Positions 41,255 to 54,027 of a stretch of DNA of 64,000 bases are shown in pieces. Position numbers and translations under genes: made by a program. Numbering within the stretch: the first letter of the stretch is position 1; the number at the start of each line of letters is the position of its first letter. The stretch is from the NCBI RefSeq assembly GCF_017348835.2, contig NZ_CP071375.1; one strand, 5' to 3'. The notes beneath the pieces were generated by a model, which saw only the letters and a program-made list of their open reading frames with translations, ran no database searches and was not told the DNA's origin. This DNA comes from Escherichia coli (GTDB lineage: Bacteria; Pseudomonadota; Gammaproteobacteria; Enterobacterales; Enterobacteriaceae).

Positions 41255-41365
41255 CTGTGCATTTCGTCACCCTCCCTTCGCAATAAACGCCCGTAATAAC
41301 TCATTGCCCCACGGTATGATTTCGCCCTTAACGTATTGAAGGATGACTTCAGGCAAGGAGCGACC

Positions 41366-42601
41366 ATGCTGCAACAGGTTCCAACGCGTGCTTTTCATGT
41401 GATGGCGAAACCGAGCGGTTCCGATTGTAATCTGAACTGTGACTACTGTTTTTATCTCGAAAAACAATCCCTTTACCGCGAAAAGCCAGTCACGCATATG
41501 GACGATGACACGCTGGAAGCGTATGTCCGTCACTATATCGCTGCCAGCGAACTGCAAAACGAAGTGGCTTTTACCTGGCAGGGCGGCGAACCAACGCTAC
41601 TCGGGCTGGAGTTTTACCGCCGTGCCGTAAAGTTACAGGCGAAATACGGTGCTGGCAGGAAGATAAGTAACAGCTTCCAGACTAACGGCGTGCTGCTCGA
41701 TGATGAATGGTGTGCATTTCTGGCAGAAAATCATTTTCTTGTTGGGTTATCGCTGGATGGTCCGGCTGAGATCCACAATCAATATCGCGTGACCAAAGGC
41801 GGCAGACCCACGCATAAACTGGTGATGCGTGCCCTGACGCTGCTGCAAAAACATCATGTCGACTATAACGTGCTGGTCTGCGTTAATCGCACCAGCGCGC
41901 AGCAACCGTTGCAGGTATATGATTTTTTGTGCGATGCGGGAGTGGAATTCATCCAGTTTATTCCGGTGGTCGAGCGCCTGGCTGATGAAACGGCTGCCCG
42001 CGAAGGACTGAAATTGCATGCGCCTGGTGATATTCAGGGGGAACTGACGGAATGGTCGGTGCGCCCCGAGGAGTTCGGTGAATTTCTGGTGGCGATATTC
42101 GACCACTGGATTAAACGCGACGTCGGCAAGATTTTCGTGATGAATATCGAATGGGCGTTTGCCAATTTTGTCGGTGCGCCGGGTGCGGTTTGCCATCATC
42201 AGCCAACCTGTGGGCGCTCGGTGATTGTTGAGCACAACGGCGACGTTTACGCCTGCGATCACTATGTTTATCCGCAATATCGACTGGGGAATATGCACCA
42301 GCAAACAATTGCAGAAATGGTAGATTCTCCGCAGCAGCAGACTTTTGGTGAAGATAAATTTAAGCAGTTACCGGCGCAGTGTCGCAGTTGTAACGTGTTA
42401 AAAGCATGTTGGGGAGGCTGCCCGAAACACCGCTTCATGCTCGATGCTAGCGGTAAACCGGGGCTGAATTATTTGTGTGCCGGATATCAGCGTTATTTCC
42501 GCCATCTACCGCCATATCTTAAAGCTATGGCTGATTTGCTGGCGCACGGTCGTCCGGCCAGCGACATTATGCATGCGCATTTGCTGGTGGTGAGTAAGTA
42601 A
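41366..42601 (+). CDS. aslB: Anaerobic sulfatase-maturating enzyme homolog (radical SAM)
   Basis: Start trimmed to MLQQVPTRAFHVMAKPSGSDCNLNCDYCFY (CxxxCxxC radical SAM motif). Confidence 0.88.
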   Translation: MLQQVPTRAFHVMAKPSGSDCNLNCDYCFYLEKQSLYREKPVTHMDDDTLEAYVRHYIAASELQNEVAFTWQGGEPTLLGLEFYRRAVKLQAKYGAGRKISNSFQTNGVLLDDEWCAFLAENHFLVGLSLDGPAEIHNQYRVTKGGRPTHKLVMRALTLLQKHHVDYNVLVCVNRTSAQQPLQVYDFLCDAGVEFIQFIPVVERLADETAAREGLKLHAPGDIQGELTEWSVRPEEFGEFLVAIFDHWIKRDVGKIFVMNIEWAFANFVGAPGAVCHHQPTCGRSVIVEHNGDVYACDHYVYPQYRLGNMHQQTIAEMVDSPQQQTFGEDKFKQLPAQCRSCNVLKACWGGCPKHRFMLDASGKPGLNYLCAGYQRYFRHLPPYLKAMADLLAHGRPASDIMHAHLLVVSK

Positions 42602-42635
42602 AAAAGCGGCCATTTTGTGGCCGCCTGCGGTTGAT

Positions 42636-42742
<107 letters not shown>

Positions 42743-42768
42743 AGGCAGATCTCAGCGATAGCGCCGAC

Positions 42769-44424
42769 TTAATCAGATTTAATCTGCGCGCGTGGTGGAT
42801 ATTTTTTCAGGATCTCCATATACGCGTGCATTTCGGTCTGTAGCGGTACACCCATCGGAATATGGCGCACGCCGATAGAGTCGCTCTCCTGCGGATCGGT
42901 GTAGAGGTTAAACACCGACGATCCGGCTGTTTGCATTACTGTGCCGGTGAATCCACCCTGATATCCGCTCTGAGTATAAGCGTAAGGTTGCTGAATCAGG
43001 ACGTGATACTTGAATTCATCCATACGCACAGCAGCGAGTTTACCGTTGAGGAAGTAGTGCTCGGCCTTACGGTTAGACTGACCATTTGTTCCCAGGAAGA
43101 AAGATGTCTGGTCCACACCATCGATAAAGGTGGTTTTCGGCACTAAATTCGCGACTTTCGCGCCAGGATGCCCCGCCAGATCCAGTGCTGTTGGGAAGAG
43201 ATCTGCCAGATCAACAATGCCGTCAGATTTACGCGGTTGGATCATGCCTTTCCAGTACACGAAAGTTGGAACGCGAACGCCGCCTTCCCAGGTAGACCCT
43301 TTCGCACCACGGAACGGTGTGCGACCGTGCGGAGGCACTTCGGCTTCCGGACCGTTATCGGAGGTAAAGACAATAAGCGTGTTATCCAACTGACCGTTTT
43401 TCTCCAGCGTTTTGTAGAGATTAGCGAACACATCGTTCATCTCCACCATGCAGTCGCCATACGAGGTGCGTGCCGGAGAACTTCCCGCATATTTGGCGTT
43501 CGGGTAGTTATCGAAGTGACAGCCGCGCGTACCGTAATATAAGAAGAAAGGTTTATCGCTCTTCGCCATCTTGTCGAGGAACTTAACGCCATATTCCATC
43601 CAGCGTTGATCCAGGTCTTCCATATATTTCGGCGTAATGTCAGCAATGGCCTCCTGTTCGCCGCCGCGTACAGCATGAACATCATCTTTGCTAAATGGTA
43701 ATTGCTTGATGTATTCAGAACGGTCCGGACTCAGGGCGACTTCCGGGTTGACGTGAACATCGCGCCATTCGGTGTACATATCAGACACCGAGTTAAAGCC
43801 ACGGAAATCATCAAAGCCAACGTTCTGCGGCTGCGACTCTTTGTTTTCCCCCATATGCCATTTCCCGATAGCCTGGGTGACGTAGCCCTGATCGTGCAGC
43901 AACTGCGGCAGCGTGGTTAACCCTTGCAGCCCGCCCGGTTGCCCGTACATTGGCGGCATCAGAATGCCGTGGTGGATGGAGTATTGTCCGGTGAGAATGG
44001 TGGCGCGGGTTGGGGAAGAGCTTGGTTGAGAATACGCCGAAGTTAAAATCAGCCCCTGGCTGGCAACGGCGTCGATATCTGGTGTAGGGTTACCCACCGC
44101 CACGCCGCCACCGTTAAAACCGACGTCCATCCAGCCCACATCGTCCAGCAAGAAAACAACCACATTCGGTTTCTTACCGGTTTTTTTCTCAAGTTCTGCC
44201 AGCTTCTGCTGGGTTTCTTTATCCTGCGCCGGATGCTGCATTACTGGCATCATATTGTCGGCAATAGTGGTCGCCGGTTTAACCAGATACTGGTTTGGGT
44301 GATCGTATCCGGCAAAGCCTTTGCGTGCGGTGGCAGTTGACGGGGTATCTGCTGCGCTGGCCATGAGAGGAAGAGCGGCGGCGACAGCAACAACAAGACG
44401 TTTGGGTGAAAACGAAAATTCCAT
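42769..44424 (-). CDS. aslA: Arylsulfatase
   Basis: 551-aa ORF with signal peptide and sulfatase fold. Confidence 0.88.
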   Translation of the reverse strand: MEFSFSPKRLVVAVAAALPLMASAADTPSTATARKGFAGYDHPNQYLVKPATTIADNMMPVMQHPAQDKETQQKLAELEKKTGKKPNVVVFLLDDVGWMDVGFNGGGVAVGNPTPDIDAVASQGLILTSAYSQPSSSPTRATILTGQYSIHHGILMPPMYGQPGGLQGLTTLPQLLHDQGYVTQAIGKWHMGENKESQPQNVGFDDFRGFNSVSDMYTEWRDVHVNPEVALSPDRSEYIKQLPFSKDDVHAVRGGEQEAIADITPKYMEDLDQRWMEYGVKFLDKMAKSDKPFFLYYGTRGCHFDNYPNAKYAGSSPARTSYGDCMVEMNDVFANLYKTLEKNGQLDNTLIVFTSDNGPEAEVPPHGRTPFRGAKGSTWEGGVRVPTFVYWKGMIQPRKSDGIVDLADLFPTALDLAGHPGAKVANLVPKTTFIDGVDQTSFFLGTNGQSNRKAEHYFLNGKLAAVRMDEFKYHVLIQQPYAYTQSGYQGGFTGTVMQTAGSSVFNLYTDPQESDSIGVRHIPMGVPLQTEMHAYMEILKKYPPRAQIKSD

Positions 44425-44848
44425 GCAAAATGCTCCGGTTTCATGTCATCAAAATGATGACGTAATTAAGCATTGATAATTGAGATCCCTCTCCCTGACA
44501 GGATGATTACATAAATAATAGTGACAAAAATAAATTATTTATTTATCCAGAAAATGAATTGGAAAATCAGGAGAGCGTTTCCAATCCTACCTCTGGCGCA
44601 GTTGATATGTAAGGCAGGTTTATTATATCGCGTTGATTATTGATGCTGTTTTTAGTTTTAACGGCAATTAATATATGCGTTATTAATTGAATGAATTTTA
44701 TCATTCATAATAAGTATGTGTAGGATCAAGCTCAGGTTAAATATTCACTCAGGAAGTTATTACTCAGGAAGCAAAGAGGATTACAGAATTATCTCATAAC
44801 AAGTGTTAAGGGATGTTATTTCCCGATTCTCTGTGGCATAATAAACGA

Positions 44849-45055
44849 GTAGATGCTCATTCCATCTCTTATGTTCGCCTTAGTGCCTCATAAACTCCGG
44901 AATGACGCAGAGCCGTTTACGGTGCTTATCGTCCACTGACAGATGTCGCTTATGCCTCATCAGACACCATGGACACAACGTTGAGTGAAGCACCCACTTG
45001 TTGTCATACAGACCTGTTTTAACGCCTGCTCCGTAATAAGAGCAGGCGTTTTTTT
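44849..45055 (+). ncRNA. glmZ: GlmZ small RNA (activator of glmS translation)
   Basis: gtagatgctcattccatctcttatgttcgcc ... ends in terminator gcctgctccgtaataagagcaggcgttttttt; 207 nt; matches GlmZ as I recall it and lies between aslA and hemY. Confidence 0.75.
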
Positions 45056-45102
45056 ATGTATCAGGAAGGCCCCGGAGGTGCTTGCCTCCGGGTGAGAAGG
45101 AA

Positions 45103-46299
45103 CTACTGTGGTGGGTTGTTCTGCAACGTTAACATCAAACCGTCGCGACGCATCGCTGCAGCTTCTTCCGGCTTGTGCAGTCTGTCCAGCGCGTCGGCAA
45201 GCCATGCGTAATCGTAGGCGTCCGGACGTTGTTTCAGCGCTGCGCGGAAGGCGAGCGATGCTTCCTGCCATTCTCCGTGCTTCATCAGTGACTGGCCCAG
45301 TGTGCTCCACAACAGCGGGCGATCGCCGACGTTTTTGATTTGCTGGCGCAGCACTTTTTCCAGCTGTTCCGGATTGTTTGTTTTCAGTCGAGGAATCGGC
45401 AGCAGTAGGCGATCGTCGTACTGGCGTTTCAGGCCATCGATGATAATTTGCTGGGCAGTATCATGATCGTCACATTCAATAAGATGTTCCGCCATTGCCA
45501 CCTGCAACGCTACCTGATGACGCGTTTTCCGGCTTTGGTTTTTCCACCAGTTACGCAAACCTTCGCTACCGTTATCGGCACGCGCCTGATCCATCAGGCC
45601 AATCCATGCCTGTTGTTCCAGCATTGCACGATGTTCTTCATCACCAACATGGGCTTTCGCCATTGATGGGATAATATCCAGCAGCGAACTCCATGCACCT
45701 GTGCGGATATACGCCTGTTCCGCCAGACGTAATACTTCCGGATGGCGTGGCGTAACTTCCAGCAGCTTATCCACGCCGTGGCGTGCAGCATGGTTTTCAT
45801 TACGGGCCAGTTGCAGACGTACACGGGTGATTTCTACCGGAATGGTGTCATTGCCGGCCAGCTCCGCTGCGCGTTCCAGATGTTGGTTGGCGCGCGCTTC
45901 ATCACCACGTTGTTGCGCGGCTTCGGCAGCCAGTAGATAGTTCACCACCGGTTGTTCAGCGTGATCGGCATTTTTCGCCATCAGCTTTTCAACTTGCTGA
46001 TAATCGCCTTCCGCCAGTTTCAGCAGCGCCTGTTCGGTCTGCTTACGTGCACGGCGACGCTTACGCCCGACAAACCACCCACGGGTGTGCGCGCCAGTGC
46101 GGAAGATCCGCCGCAGTAGCCACTCAATGGCAAACAGCACTACCATCGCCAGAATCAATATGATCGCCAGGCCCGTGACGCTGGTTTCGATATTGTAGTT
46201 GTCGGTCTGGATCAGCACATAACCCTGATGACCGGCAATCATCGGGCCAACCACGATCCCCGCAATCAGCAACACAAAGAGCAATAACACTTTTAGCAT
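45103..46299 (-). CDS. hemY: HemY, TPR-containing inner-membrane protein of the hem operon
   Basis: 398-aa ORF. Confidence 0.88.
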   Translation of the reverse strand: MLKVLLLFVLLIAGIVVGPMIAGHQGYVLIQTDNYNIETSVTGLAIILILAMVVLFAIEWLLRRIFRTGAHTRGWFVGRKRRRARKQTEQALLKLAEGDYQQVEKLMAKNADHAEQPVVNYLLAAEAAQQRGDEARANQHLERAAELAGNDTIPVEITRVRLQLARNENHAARHGVDKLLEVTPRHPEVLRLAEQAYIRTGAWSSLLDIIPSMAKAHVGDEEHRAMLEQQAWIGLMDQARADNGSEGLRNWWKNQSRKTRHQVALQVAMAEHLIECDDHDTAQQIIIDGLKRQYDDRLLLPIPRLKTNNPEQLEKVLRQQIKNVGDRPLLWSTLGQSLMKHGEWQEASLAFRAALKQRPDAYDYAWLADALDRLHKPEEAAAMRRDGLMLTLQNNPPQ

Positions 46300-46301
46300 G
46301 G

Positions 46302-47507
46302 TTATTCTCCTTGCGGCGCGGCTGCCGGAGTATCAGCTTGCGGTGCAGGTGCAGGTGCAGGTGCAGGTGCAGGTGCAGGTTTAGCTTCCGTTGTCCCCGC
46401 TGCCGGTTGTGCCAGCAGGTTACGCACGCGAGTCTGCATCAGTTTTTCCAGCATCGCCTGGCTTTGCAGGGTTTCCGGAAGATCCATCGAGATATTTTGC
46501 TGGCTTAACTGGTCCACCTCGTCGAGGAACGCTTTGGTGGTGGCATCATCAGTATCGTAGTAAGCACGTACCCAGGTGGAGACGTTCTCCAGCGCCTGGC
46601 GATAAGTCTCTTGCTGGTGACGCGGTACAGCTTGTGCTGCGACCAGCAGGCGAGAGCGAATATTTTCGCGCAGATAGATATCCTGATTTGGCGCTAACAG
46701 CGGTACGGCGGTGTCATCACGACGGCGAATCGTAATGAAGTTGTCCATAAAGTTCTGCCAGCTTTTTTGCAGATTGATACGCCATTCGCTGATGGAACTG
46801 GAAAGCTCTTCACCGTCGGAATCCATCGGCGAACCATCGCTGTCATTATCGGCCAGACGCAGGTTATCTACCTGATTTGAAAGCTGATTAAGCTTAAGGA
46901 TGATGCCGTCATAATCCACCTGCGATACTGCTGAAAGGCTGGCGATATCATCGGTAATTGCCCTACGAACGGTAATCAGACTCGGGTCATTCATATCCGC
47001 CAGGCTGGCGTCTGCACTTTTCAGCAACGCTGCAGCGGTCGTGACGTCCTGATCGCTCCACAGCTTCCGTCCGGCGAGTTTCACCAGAAAATCGGCCTGA
47101 GCCAGCAGCCAGGTTTTAGCATCGCTGCCGGAAATTGTGGCGACCTTTTGTTGGACTTCATCCAACTGTTTTGCCAGCGTTTCTTGCTGACGATTCGCCT
47201 GCTTAAGTTGTGCAGCTTGTTGCTTAATAATGCCTTCCAGCTCGGCTTTTTGGCTCTCCTGGGCTTTTTGCAATGCCGTCAGTTGGTTAGCCAGGGCATC
47301 GCTGGTGGCGGTCTGATTGACGGCCTGTTGTTTACCCCAGCCATACAAACCGACGCCCGCCGCCAGAGCAATAGCGATAGCCACCGCGCTGAGAATCAAT
47401 GCGGTATTGTTCTTACTCTTTTTTTCTGTTGCGACAGGTTGTGACGTGGTGTCCACGGCCTCCCTGGTCTCTTCAACCACGGCGGAGGTTTTTTCTTGTT
47501 CCGTCAT
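46302..47507 (-). CDS. hemX: HemX, membrane protein of the hem operon
   Basis: 401-aa ORF with coiled-coil region and C-terminal (PA)n tract. Confidence 0.85.
   Translation of the reverse strand: MTEQEKTSAVVEETREAVDTTSQPVATEKKSKNNTALILSAVAIAIALAAGVGLYGWGKQQAVNQTATSDALANQLTALQKAQESQKAELEGIIKQQAAQLKQANRQQETLAKQLDEVQQKVATISGSDAKTWLLAQADFLVKLAGRKLWSDQDVTTAAALLKSADASLADMNDPSLITVRRAITDDIASLSAVSQVDYDGIILKLNQLSNQVDNLRLADNDSDGSPMDSDGEELSSSISEWRINLQKSWQNFMDNFITIRRRDDTAVPLLAPNQDIYLRENIRSRLLVAAQAVPRHQQETYRQALENVSTWVRAYYDTDDATTKAFLDEVDQLSQQNISMDLPETLQSQAMLEKLMQTRVRNLLAQPAAGTTEAKPAPAPAPAPAPAPQADTPAAAPQGE
46340..46380. repeat. Tandem hexanucleotide repeat (about 6.5 copies of GGTGCA/TGCACC) inside hemX
   Basis: gcggtgcaggtgcaggtgcaggtgcaggtgcaggtgcaggt read directly; encodes [13 protein letters not shown] on the minus strand. 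Confidence 0.9.
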
Positions 47508-47528
47508 TATGGCTTCCTGTTATGAGAG

Positions 47529-48269
47529 TTATTGTAATGCCCGTAAAAGCGCATCGTTGTCAGCGTTATCGGCGACCTTAATGTCTTGCCAGCCCAGTTC
47601 CCGGGCGAGTTTCGCCAAACGCTCACTGACGACCAATAGTCGACAGTGTAGTAACCAGTGCTCACGATACCATTGTGGGATCAGCGACCAGAGTTGCTGC
47701 AACATTTCACCGCTGGTAACAACGACCGTCGTCACCTCGCGGGATTGCCAGCGCATCGCTTCTTCTGCACCATCGTAATGGATTGCGCATCGTTGATAAC
47801 ATTCACAAAAAGTGACCTCAGCACCGCGCGCCGTCAGGGTATCCCCAATTAGCTCACGACCGCCATTGCCACGTAATATCAGCGCACGTTTGCCCGCAAT
47901 ATTTTGTAATTCAGGTAATTGTAGCAAGACTTCGCTGATTTCCCGATCCTGTGGGTAGAGAATCTTCTGTCCGCTTACGGTATGTAGCGCCAGTGCGGTG
48001 GTGCGTCCAATGGCGAAATAAGTAGGTAGTTGGGGCCATTTACGATCTTGCTGATGCAGCTGTGATTGGGCAAAAGCAACCGCGTGTTGCGAGAGGGCAA
48101 ACAACAGATCGCTCTCCCCCAGCGCTGCCAGTTGATCAGCAAGTTGCGGTAATTGTCGACCCGGAGAAAACTCAATCAGCGGAAAATGCCAGGCCACCTG
48201 CCCCAGTGTGCGCAGACGGCTCACTAACTCTTCTCCAGCGGGAGACGGGCGGGTGACAAGGATACTCAT
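47529..48269 (-). CDS. hemD: Uroporphyrinogen-III synthase
   Basis: 246-aa ORF. Confidence 0.88.
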   Translation of the reverse strand: MSILVTRPSPAGEELVSRLRTLGQVAWHFPLIEFSPGRQLPQLADQLAALGESDLLFALSQHAVAFAQSQLHQQDRKWPQLPTYFAIGRTTALALHTVSGQKILYPQDREISEVLLQLPELQNIAGKRALILRGNGGRELIGDTLTARGAEVTFCECYQRCAIHYDGAEEAMRWQSREVTTVVVTSGEMLQQLWSLIPQWYREHWLLHCRLLVVSERLAKLARELGWQDIKVADNADNDALLRALQ

Positions 48270-49207
48270 GCCGGGGCGTCTCCGTTATAGACTTCAGCGA
48301 GGATCTCGCGCGCGCCGTTATTCAGTAGCTCTTCTGCCAGCGAAATCCCCATTTGTTCGGCATCTTGCGGCGCACCGCGGCGTTCACCGCGAATAATCTG
48401 CGAACCGTCCGGCGCGCCGACCAGTGCACGCAGCCAGATTTCGCCATCAATAAGCTCGGCGTAGCTACCAATTGGCACCTGACATCCGCCTTCGAGACGG
48501 GTATTCATGGCGCGTTCTGCGGTAACGCGCAGTGCAGTTTCGTGGTGATTCAGCGCGGCAAGCAGCTCGCGAGTGCGTGCATCATCAAGGCGGCATTCAA
48601 TACCCACCGCACCTTGCCCTACCGCCGGAAGAGAAATCTCGGGTGGCAACGCGGCGCGAATACGTGACTCCAGACCTAAACGTTTTAGTCCGGCTACGGC
48701 AAGAATGATGGCATCGTATTCGCCGTTATCCAGTTTGCTCAGGCGAGTGCCGACGTTGCCGCGCAGGGAGCGGATAATCAGATCCGGGCGGCGTTCAGCC
48801 AGTTGGCACTGGCGACGTAAACTGGACGTCCCGACGATACTGCCTGCCGGTAACGCATCCAGACTGTCATAGTTATTGGACACAAAGGCATCGCGAGGAT
48901 CTTCACGCTCACAAATAGTGACCAGTCCCAGACCTTGCGGGAATTCAACCGGCACATCTTTCATTGAGTGTACGGCGATATCGGCGCGATTTTCGAGGAG
49001 CGCGACTTCCAGCTCTTTTACAAATAAGCCTTTTCCGCCTACTTTCGCCAGCGGCGTATCAAGAATCACATCGCCGCGCGTCACCATCGGTACCAGTTCA
49101 ACGACCAGGCCCGGATGGCTCGCCATCAACTTGTCTTTGACATAGTGTGCCTGCCAGAGTGCAAGTGGGCTTTGGCGTGTGGCAATTCTTAAAACATTGT
49201 CTAACAT
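48266..49207 (-). CDS. hemC: Porphobilinogen deaminase (hydroxymethylbilane synthase)
   Basis: Start trimmed to [23 protein letters not shown] (313 aa). Confidence 0.9.
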   Translation of the reverse strand: MLDNVLRIATRQSPLALWQAHYVKDKLMASHPGLVVELVPMVTRGDVILDTPLAKVGGKGLFVKELEVALLENRADIAVHSMKDVPVEFPQGLGLVTICEREDPRDAFVSNNYDSLDALPAGSIVGTSSLRRQCQLAERRPDLIIRSLRGNVGTRLSKLDNGEYDAIILAVAGLKRLGLESRIRAALPPEISLPAVGQGAVGIECRLDDARTRELLAALNHHETALRVTAERAMNTRLEGGCQVPIGSYAELIDGEIWLRALVGAPDGSQIIRGERRGAPQDAEQMGISLAEELLNNGAREILAEVYNGDAPA

Positions 49208-49593
49208 GCTTGTTACCGTCATTATCATCCGTGGTCCATCCTAACATCCTTGCCAGAGTGATGTCAGTGTTGTGGTGAAACGTAGACGCCTGCGCAAACC
49301 GTAAAATGAGGTCTGGCAGTGGATCCTGACAGGCGTTTCACGCCGTCGTAATAAGGAATTTACAGAGAATAAACGGTGCTACACTTGTATGTAGCGCATC
49401 TTTCTTTACGGTCAATCAGCAAGGTGTTAAATTGATCACGTTTTAGACCATTTTTTCGTCGTGAAACTAAAAAAACCAGGCGCGAAAAGTGGTAACGGTT
49501 ACCTTTGACATACGAAATATCCCGAATGCCGCGTGTTACCGTTGATGTTGGCGGAATCACAGTCATGACGGGTAGCAAATCAGGCGATACGTC

Positions 49594-52140
49594 TTGTACC
49601 TCTATATTGAGACTCTGAAACAGAGACTGGATGCCATAAATCAATTGCGTGTGGATCGCGCGCTTGCTGCTATGGGGCCTGCATTCCAACAGGTCTACAG
49701 TCTACTGCCGACATTGTTGCACTATCACCATCCGCTAATGCCGGGTTACCTTGATGGTAACGTTCCCAAAGGCATTTGCCTTTACACGCCTGATGAAACT
49801 CAACGCCACTACCTGAACGAGCTTGAACTGTATCGTGGAATGTCAGTACAGGACCCGCCGAAAGGTGAGCTTCCAATTACTGGTGTATACACCATGGGCA
49901 GCACTTCGTCCGTAGGGCAAAGTTGTTCCTCTGACCTGGATATCTGGGTCTGTCATCAATCCTGGCTCGATAGCGAAGAGCGCCAGTTGCTACAACGTAA
50001 ATGTAGTCTGCTGGAAAGCTGGGCCGCCTCGCTGGGTGTGGAAGTCAGCTTCTTCCTGATTGATGAAAACCGCTTCCGTCATAATGAAAGCGGCAGCCTG
50101 GGGGGCGAAGATTGTGGCTCCACCCAGCATATACTGCTGCTTGACGAATTTTATCGTACCGCCGTGCGTCTCGCCGGTAAGCGTATTCTGTGGAATATGG
50201 TGCCGTGCGACGAAGAAGAGCATTACGACGACTATGTGATGACGCTTTACGCGCAGGGCGTGCTGACGCCAAATGAATGGCTGGATCTTGGTGGCTTAAG
50301 CTCGCTTTCTGCTGAAGAGTACTTTGGTGCCAGCCTTTGGCAGCTCTACAAGAGTATCGATTCCCCATACAAAGCGGTGCTGAAAACACTGCTGCTGGAA
50401 GCCTATTCCTGGGAATACCCGAACCCACGTCTGCTGGCGAAAGATATCAAACAGCGTTTGCACGACGGCGAGATTGTATCGTTTGGCCTCGATCCGTACT
50501 GCATGATGCTGGAGCGTGTTACTGAATACCTGACGGCGATTGAAGATTTCACCCGTCTGGATTTAGTACGTCGCTGCTTCTATTTAAAAGTGTGCGAAAA
50601 GCTCAGCCGTGAACGCGCCTGCGTAGGCTGGCGTCGCGCAGTGTTGAGCCAGTTAGTGAGCGAGTGGGGTTGGGACGAAGCTCGTCTGGCAATGCTCGAT
50701 AACCGCGCTAACTGGAAGATTGATCAGGTGCGTGAGGCGCACAACGAGTTGCTCGACGCGATGATGCAGAGCTACCGTAATCTGATCCGCTTTGCGCGTC
50801 GCAATAACCTTAGCGTCTCCGCCAGTCCGCAGGATATCGGCGTACTGACGCGTAAACTGTATGCCGCGTTTGAAGCATTACCAGGTAAAGTGACGCTGGT
50901 AAACCCGCAGATTTCACCCGATCTCTCGGAACCGAATCTGACCTTTATTTATGTGCCGCCGGGCCGGGCTAACCGTTCAGGTTGGTATCTGTATAACCGC
51001 GCGCCAAATATTGAGTCGATCATCAGCCATCAGCCGCTGGAATATAACCGTTACCTGAATAAACTGGTGGCGTGGGCATGGTTTAACGGCCTGCTGACCT
51101 CGCGCACCCGTTTGTATATTAAAGGTAACGGCATTGTCGATTTGCCTAAGTTGCAGGAAATGGTCGCCGATGTGTCACACCATTTTCCGCTGCGCCTACC
51201 TGCACCGACGCCAAAAGCGCTCTACAGCCCATGTGAGATTCGCCATCTGGCGATTATCGTTAACCTGGAATATGACCCGACAGCTGCGTTCCGCAATCAG
51301 GTGGTGCATTTTGATTTCCGTAAGCTGGATGTCTTCAGCTTTGGCGAGAATCAAAATTGCCTGGTAGGTAGCGTTGACCTGCTGTATCGCAACTCGTGGA
51401 ACGAAGTGCGTACGCTGCACTTCAACGGCGAGCAATCGATGATCGAAGCCCTGAAAACTATTCTCGGCAAAATGCATCAGGACGCCGCACCGCCAGATAG
51501 CGTGGAAGTCTTCTGTTATAGCCAGCATCTGCGCGGGTTAATCCGTACTCGCGTGCAGCAACTGGTTTCTGAGTGTATTGAACTGCGCCTTTCCAGCACC
51601 CGCCAGGAAACCGGGCGTTTCAAGGCGCTGCGCGTTTCTGGTCAAACCTGGGGGTTGTTCTTCGAACGCCTGAATGTATCGGTACAGAAACTGGAAAACG
51701 CCATCGAGTTTTATGGCGCTATTTCGCATAACAAACTGCACGGCCTGTCAGTGCAGGTTGAAACCAATCACGTCAAATTACCGGCGGTGGTAGACGGCTT
51801 TGCCAGCGAAGGGATCATCCAGTTCTTTTTCGAAGAAACGCAAGACGAGAATGGCTTTAATATCTACATTCTTGACGAAAGCAACCGGGTTGAGGTGTAT
51901 CACCACTGCGAAGGCAGCAAAGAGGAGCTGGTACGTGACGTCAGTCGCTTCTACTCGTCATCGCACGACCGCTTCACCTACGGCTCAAGCTTCATCAACT
52001 TCAACCTGCCGCAGTTCTATCAGATTGTGAAGGTTGATGGTCGCGAACAGGTGATTCCGTTCCGCACCAAATCTATCGGCAACATGCCGCCTGCCAATCA
52101 GGATCACGACACGCCGCTATTACAGCAGTATTTTTCGTGA
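49594..52140 (+). CDS. cyaA: Class I adenylate cyclase, TTG start codon
   Basis: 848-aa ORF beginning TTG TAC CTC TAT ([29 protein letters not shown]...). Confidence 0.92.
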   Translation: MYLYIETLKQRLDAINQLRVDRALAAMGPAFQQVYSLLPTLLHYHHPLMPGYLDGNVPKGICLYTPDETQRHYLNELELYRGMSVQDPPKGELPITGVYTMGSTSSVGQSCSSDLDIWVCHQSWLDSEERQLLQRKCSLLESWAASLGVEVSFFLIDENRFRHNESGSLGGEDCGSTQHILLLDEFYRTAVRLAGKRILWNMVPCDEEEHYDDYVMTLYAQGVLTPNEWLDLGGLSSLSAEEYFGASLWQLYKSIDSPYKAVLKTLLLEAYSWEYPNPRLLAKDIKQRLHDGEIVSFGLDPYCMMLERVTEYLTAIEDFTRLDLVRRCFYLKVCEKLSRERACVGWRRAVLSQLVSEWGWDEARLAMLDNRANWKIDQVREAHNELLDAMMQSYRNLIRFARRNNLSVSASPQDIGVLTRKLYAAFEALPGKVTLVNPQISPDLSEPNLTFIYVPPGRANRSGWYLYNRAPNIESIISHQPLEYNRYLNKLVAWAWFNGLLTSRTRLYIKGNGIVDLPKLQEMVADVSHHFPLRLPAPTPKALYSPCEIRHLAIIVNLEYDPTAAFRNQVVHFDFRKLDVFSFGENQNCLVGSVDLLYRNSWNEVRTLHFNGEQSMIEALKTILGKMHQDAAPPDSVEVFCYSQHLRGLIRTRVQQLVSECIELRLSSTRQETGRFKALRVSGQTWGLFFERLNVSVQKLENAIEFYGAISHNKLHGLSVQVETNHVKLPAVVDGFASEGIIQFFFEETQDENGFNIYILDESNRVEVYHHCEGSKEELVRDVSRFYSSSHDRFTYGSSFINFNLPQFYQIVKVDGREQVIPFRTKSIGNMPPANQDHDTPLLQQYFS

Positions 52141-52179
52141 TGAACGTGCCGGAAAGCGAGGCTTATCCGGCATGCAATC

Positions 52180-52500
52180 TTAGCGGAAACTGACTGTTTC
52201 ACCCGCCTGCTGCGTCGCTGCCTGTTCCAGCAAATCCCAGAAGGTTTCGCCGCTGCGATCGCAAATCCACTCATCGCCTTTCAGATCAAAATGGTAGCCG
52301 CCTTGTTTGGTTGCCAGCCATACCTGGTGCAGCGGCTCCTGGCGGTTGATAATGATTTTGCTGCCATTCTCAAAGGTAATGGTCAGCACGCCGCCGTTGA
52401 TTTCGCAGTCGATATCGCTGTCGCCATCCCAGTCGTCCAGGCGTTCTTCAATGGTCAGCCAGAGTTGATCAGCCAGGCGATGAAATTCACTGTCGTTCAT
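52180..52500 (-). CDS. cyaY: Frataxin homolog CyaY
   Basis: 106-aa [46 protein letters not shown]... Confidence 0.9.
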
Positions 52501-52962
52501 TGTTGTATCCTGTTTTTAAGTGATGGCGGCAGTATAGCGGCATGGGGGCAGGGCTTCAAAGTTTGCACCTCTGCGGCTGCGTTCCGGCACGATTCATCCG
52601 TCACCGGAATAATGATGTCTCTGTGTAGCGAAAGATTTGTCTCTTCATTAGGGCGCAGTTACACCACGCCTTTCCCTGTTTCTGGTAAACATTATGATCA
52701 GGTTTACCGAGCGAGCATCCTCACGCTGACGGAACTAAAAAAGCCAACAAACAAACCACATTGCGATAGTGCATAAAGCCATCCTGGCGCGAGGTGACGA
52801 TCACGAAACTACCAGCAAAACATAAATCCCCACGAGTAAGCGTTATACTCGCAGCATTTCCTCACTTTTCAGACTTCATAAAGAGTCGCTAAACGCTTGC
52901 TTTTACGCCTTCTCCTGCGATGATAGAAAGCAGAAAGCGATGAACTTTACAGGCAATCCATA

Positions 52963-53166
52963 ATGAAAAACGTGTTTAAGGCACTTACTGTATTACTTAC
53001 TCTCTTCAGCCTGACGGGTTGCGGTCTGAAAGGTCCGCTCTATTTCCCGCCTGCAGATAAAAACGCGCCACCGCCGACCAAACCGGTAGAGACTCAAACG
53101 CAATCCACGTTGCCGGATAAAAACGATCGCGCCACTGGCGATGGTCCATCCCAGGTGAATTACTAA
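52963..53166 (+). CDS. yifL: Small lipoprotein (lipobox LTGC)
   Basis: 67-aa ORF MKNVFKALTVLLTLFSLTGCGLKGPLYFPP... upstream of dapF. Confidence 0.75.
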   Translation: MKNVFKALTVLLTLFSLTGCGLKGPLYFPPADKNAPPPTKPVETQTQSTLPDKNDRATGDGPSQVNY

Positions 53167-53202
53167 AAGTCAGTTTCTGTACCCGCGTGATTGGAGTAAA
53201 TG

Positions 53203-54027
53203 ATGCAGTTCTCGAAAATGCATGGCCTTGGCAACGATTTTATGGTCGTCGACGCGGTAACGCAGAATGTCTTTTTTTCACCGGAGCTGATTCGTCGCCT
53301 GGCGGATCGGCACCTGGGGGTAGGGTTTGACCAGCTGCTGGTGGTTGAGCCGCCGTATGATCCTGAACTGGATTTTCACTATCGCATTTTCAATGCTGAT
53401 GGCAGTGAAGTGGCGCAGTGCGGCAACGGTGCGCGCTGCTTTGCCCGTTTTGTGCGCCTGAAAGGGCTGACCAATAAGCGCGATATCCGCGTCAGCACCG
53501 CCAACGGGCGGATGGTTCTGACCGTCACCGATGATGATCTGGTCCGCGTAAATATGGGCGAACCCAACTTCGAACCTTCCGCTGTGCCGTTTCGCGCTAA
53601 CAAAGCGGAAAAGACCTATATTATGCGCGCCGCCGAGCAGACAATCTTATGCGGCGTGGTGTCGATGGGAAATCCGCATTGCGTGATTCAGGTCGATGAT
53701 GTCGATACCGCGGCGGTAGAAACGCTTGGTCCTGTTTTGGAAAGCCACGAGCGTTTTCCGGAGCGAGCCAATATCGGTTTTATGCAAGTGGTTAAGCGCG
53801 AGCATATTCGTTTACGCGTTTATGAGCGTGGGGCAGGAGAAACCCAGGCCTGCGGCAGCGGCGCGTGTGCGGCGGTTGCAGTAGGGATTCAGCAAGGTTT
53901 GCTGGCCGAAGAAGTACGCGTGGAACTCCCCGGCGGTCGTCTTGATATCGCCTGGAAAGGTCCGGGTCACCCGTTATATATGACTGGCCCGGCGGTACAT
54001 GTCTACGACGGATTTATTCATCTATGA
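53203..54027 (+). CDS. dapF: Diaminopimelate epimerase
   Basis: Start trimmed to [17 protein letters not shown] (274 aa). Confidence 0.92.

Noticed and set aside
46340-46380. Possible CRISPR-like repeat
   Set aside because: It is a 6-nt microsatellite inside hemX coding sequence with no spacers; not a CRISPR array.
52291-52776. 161-aa plus-strand ORF overlapping cyaY on the opposite strand
   Set aside because: Antisense to the conserved cyaY gene and extends into intergenic DNA without translation signals.
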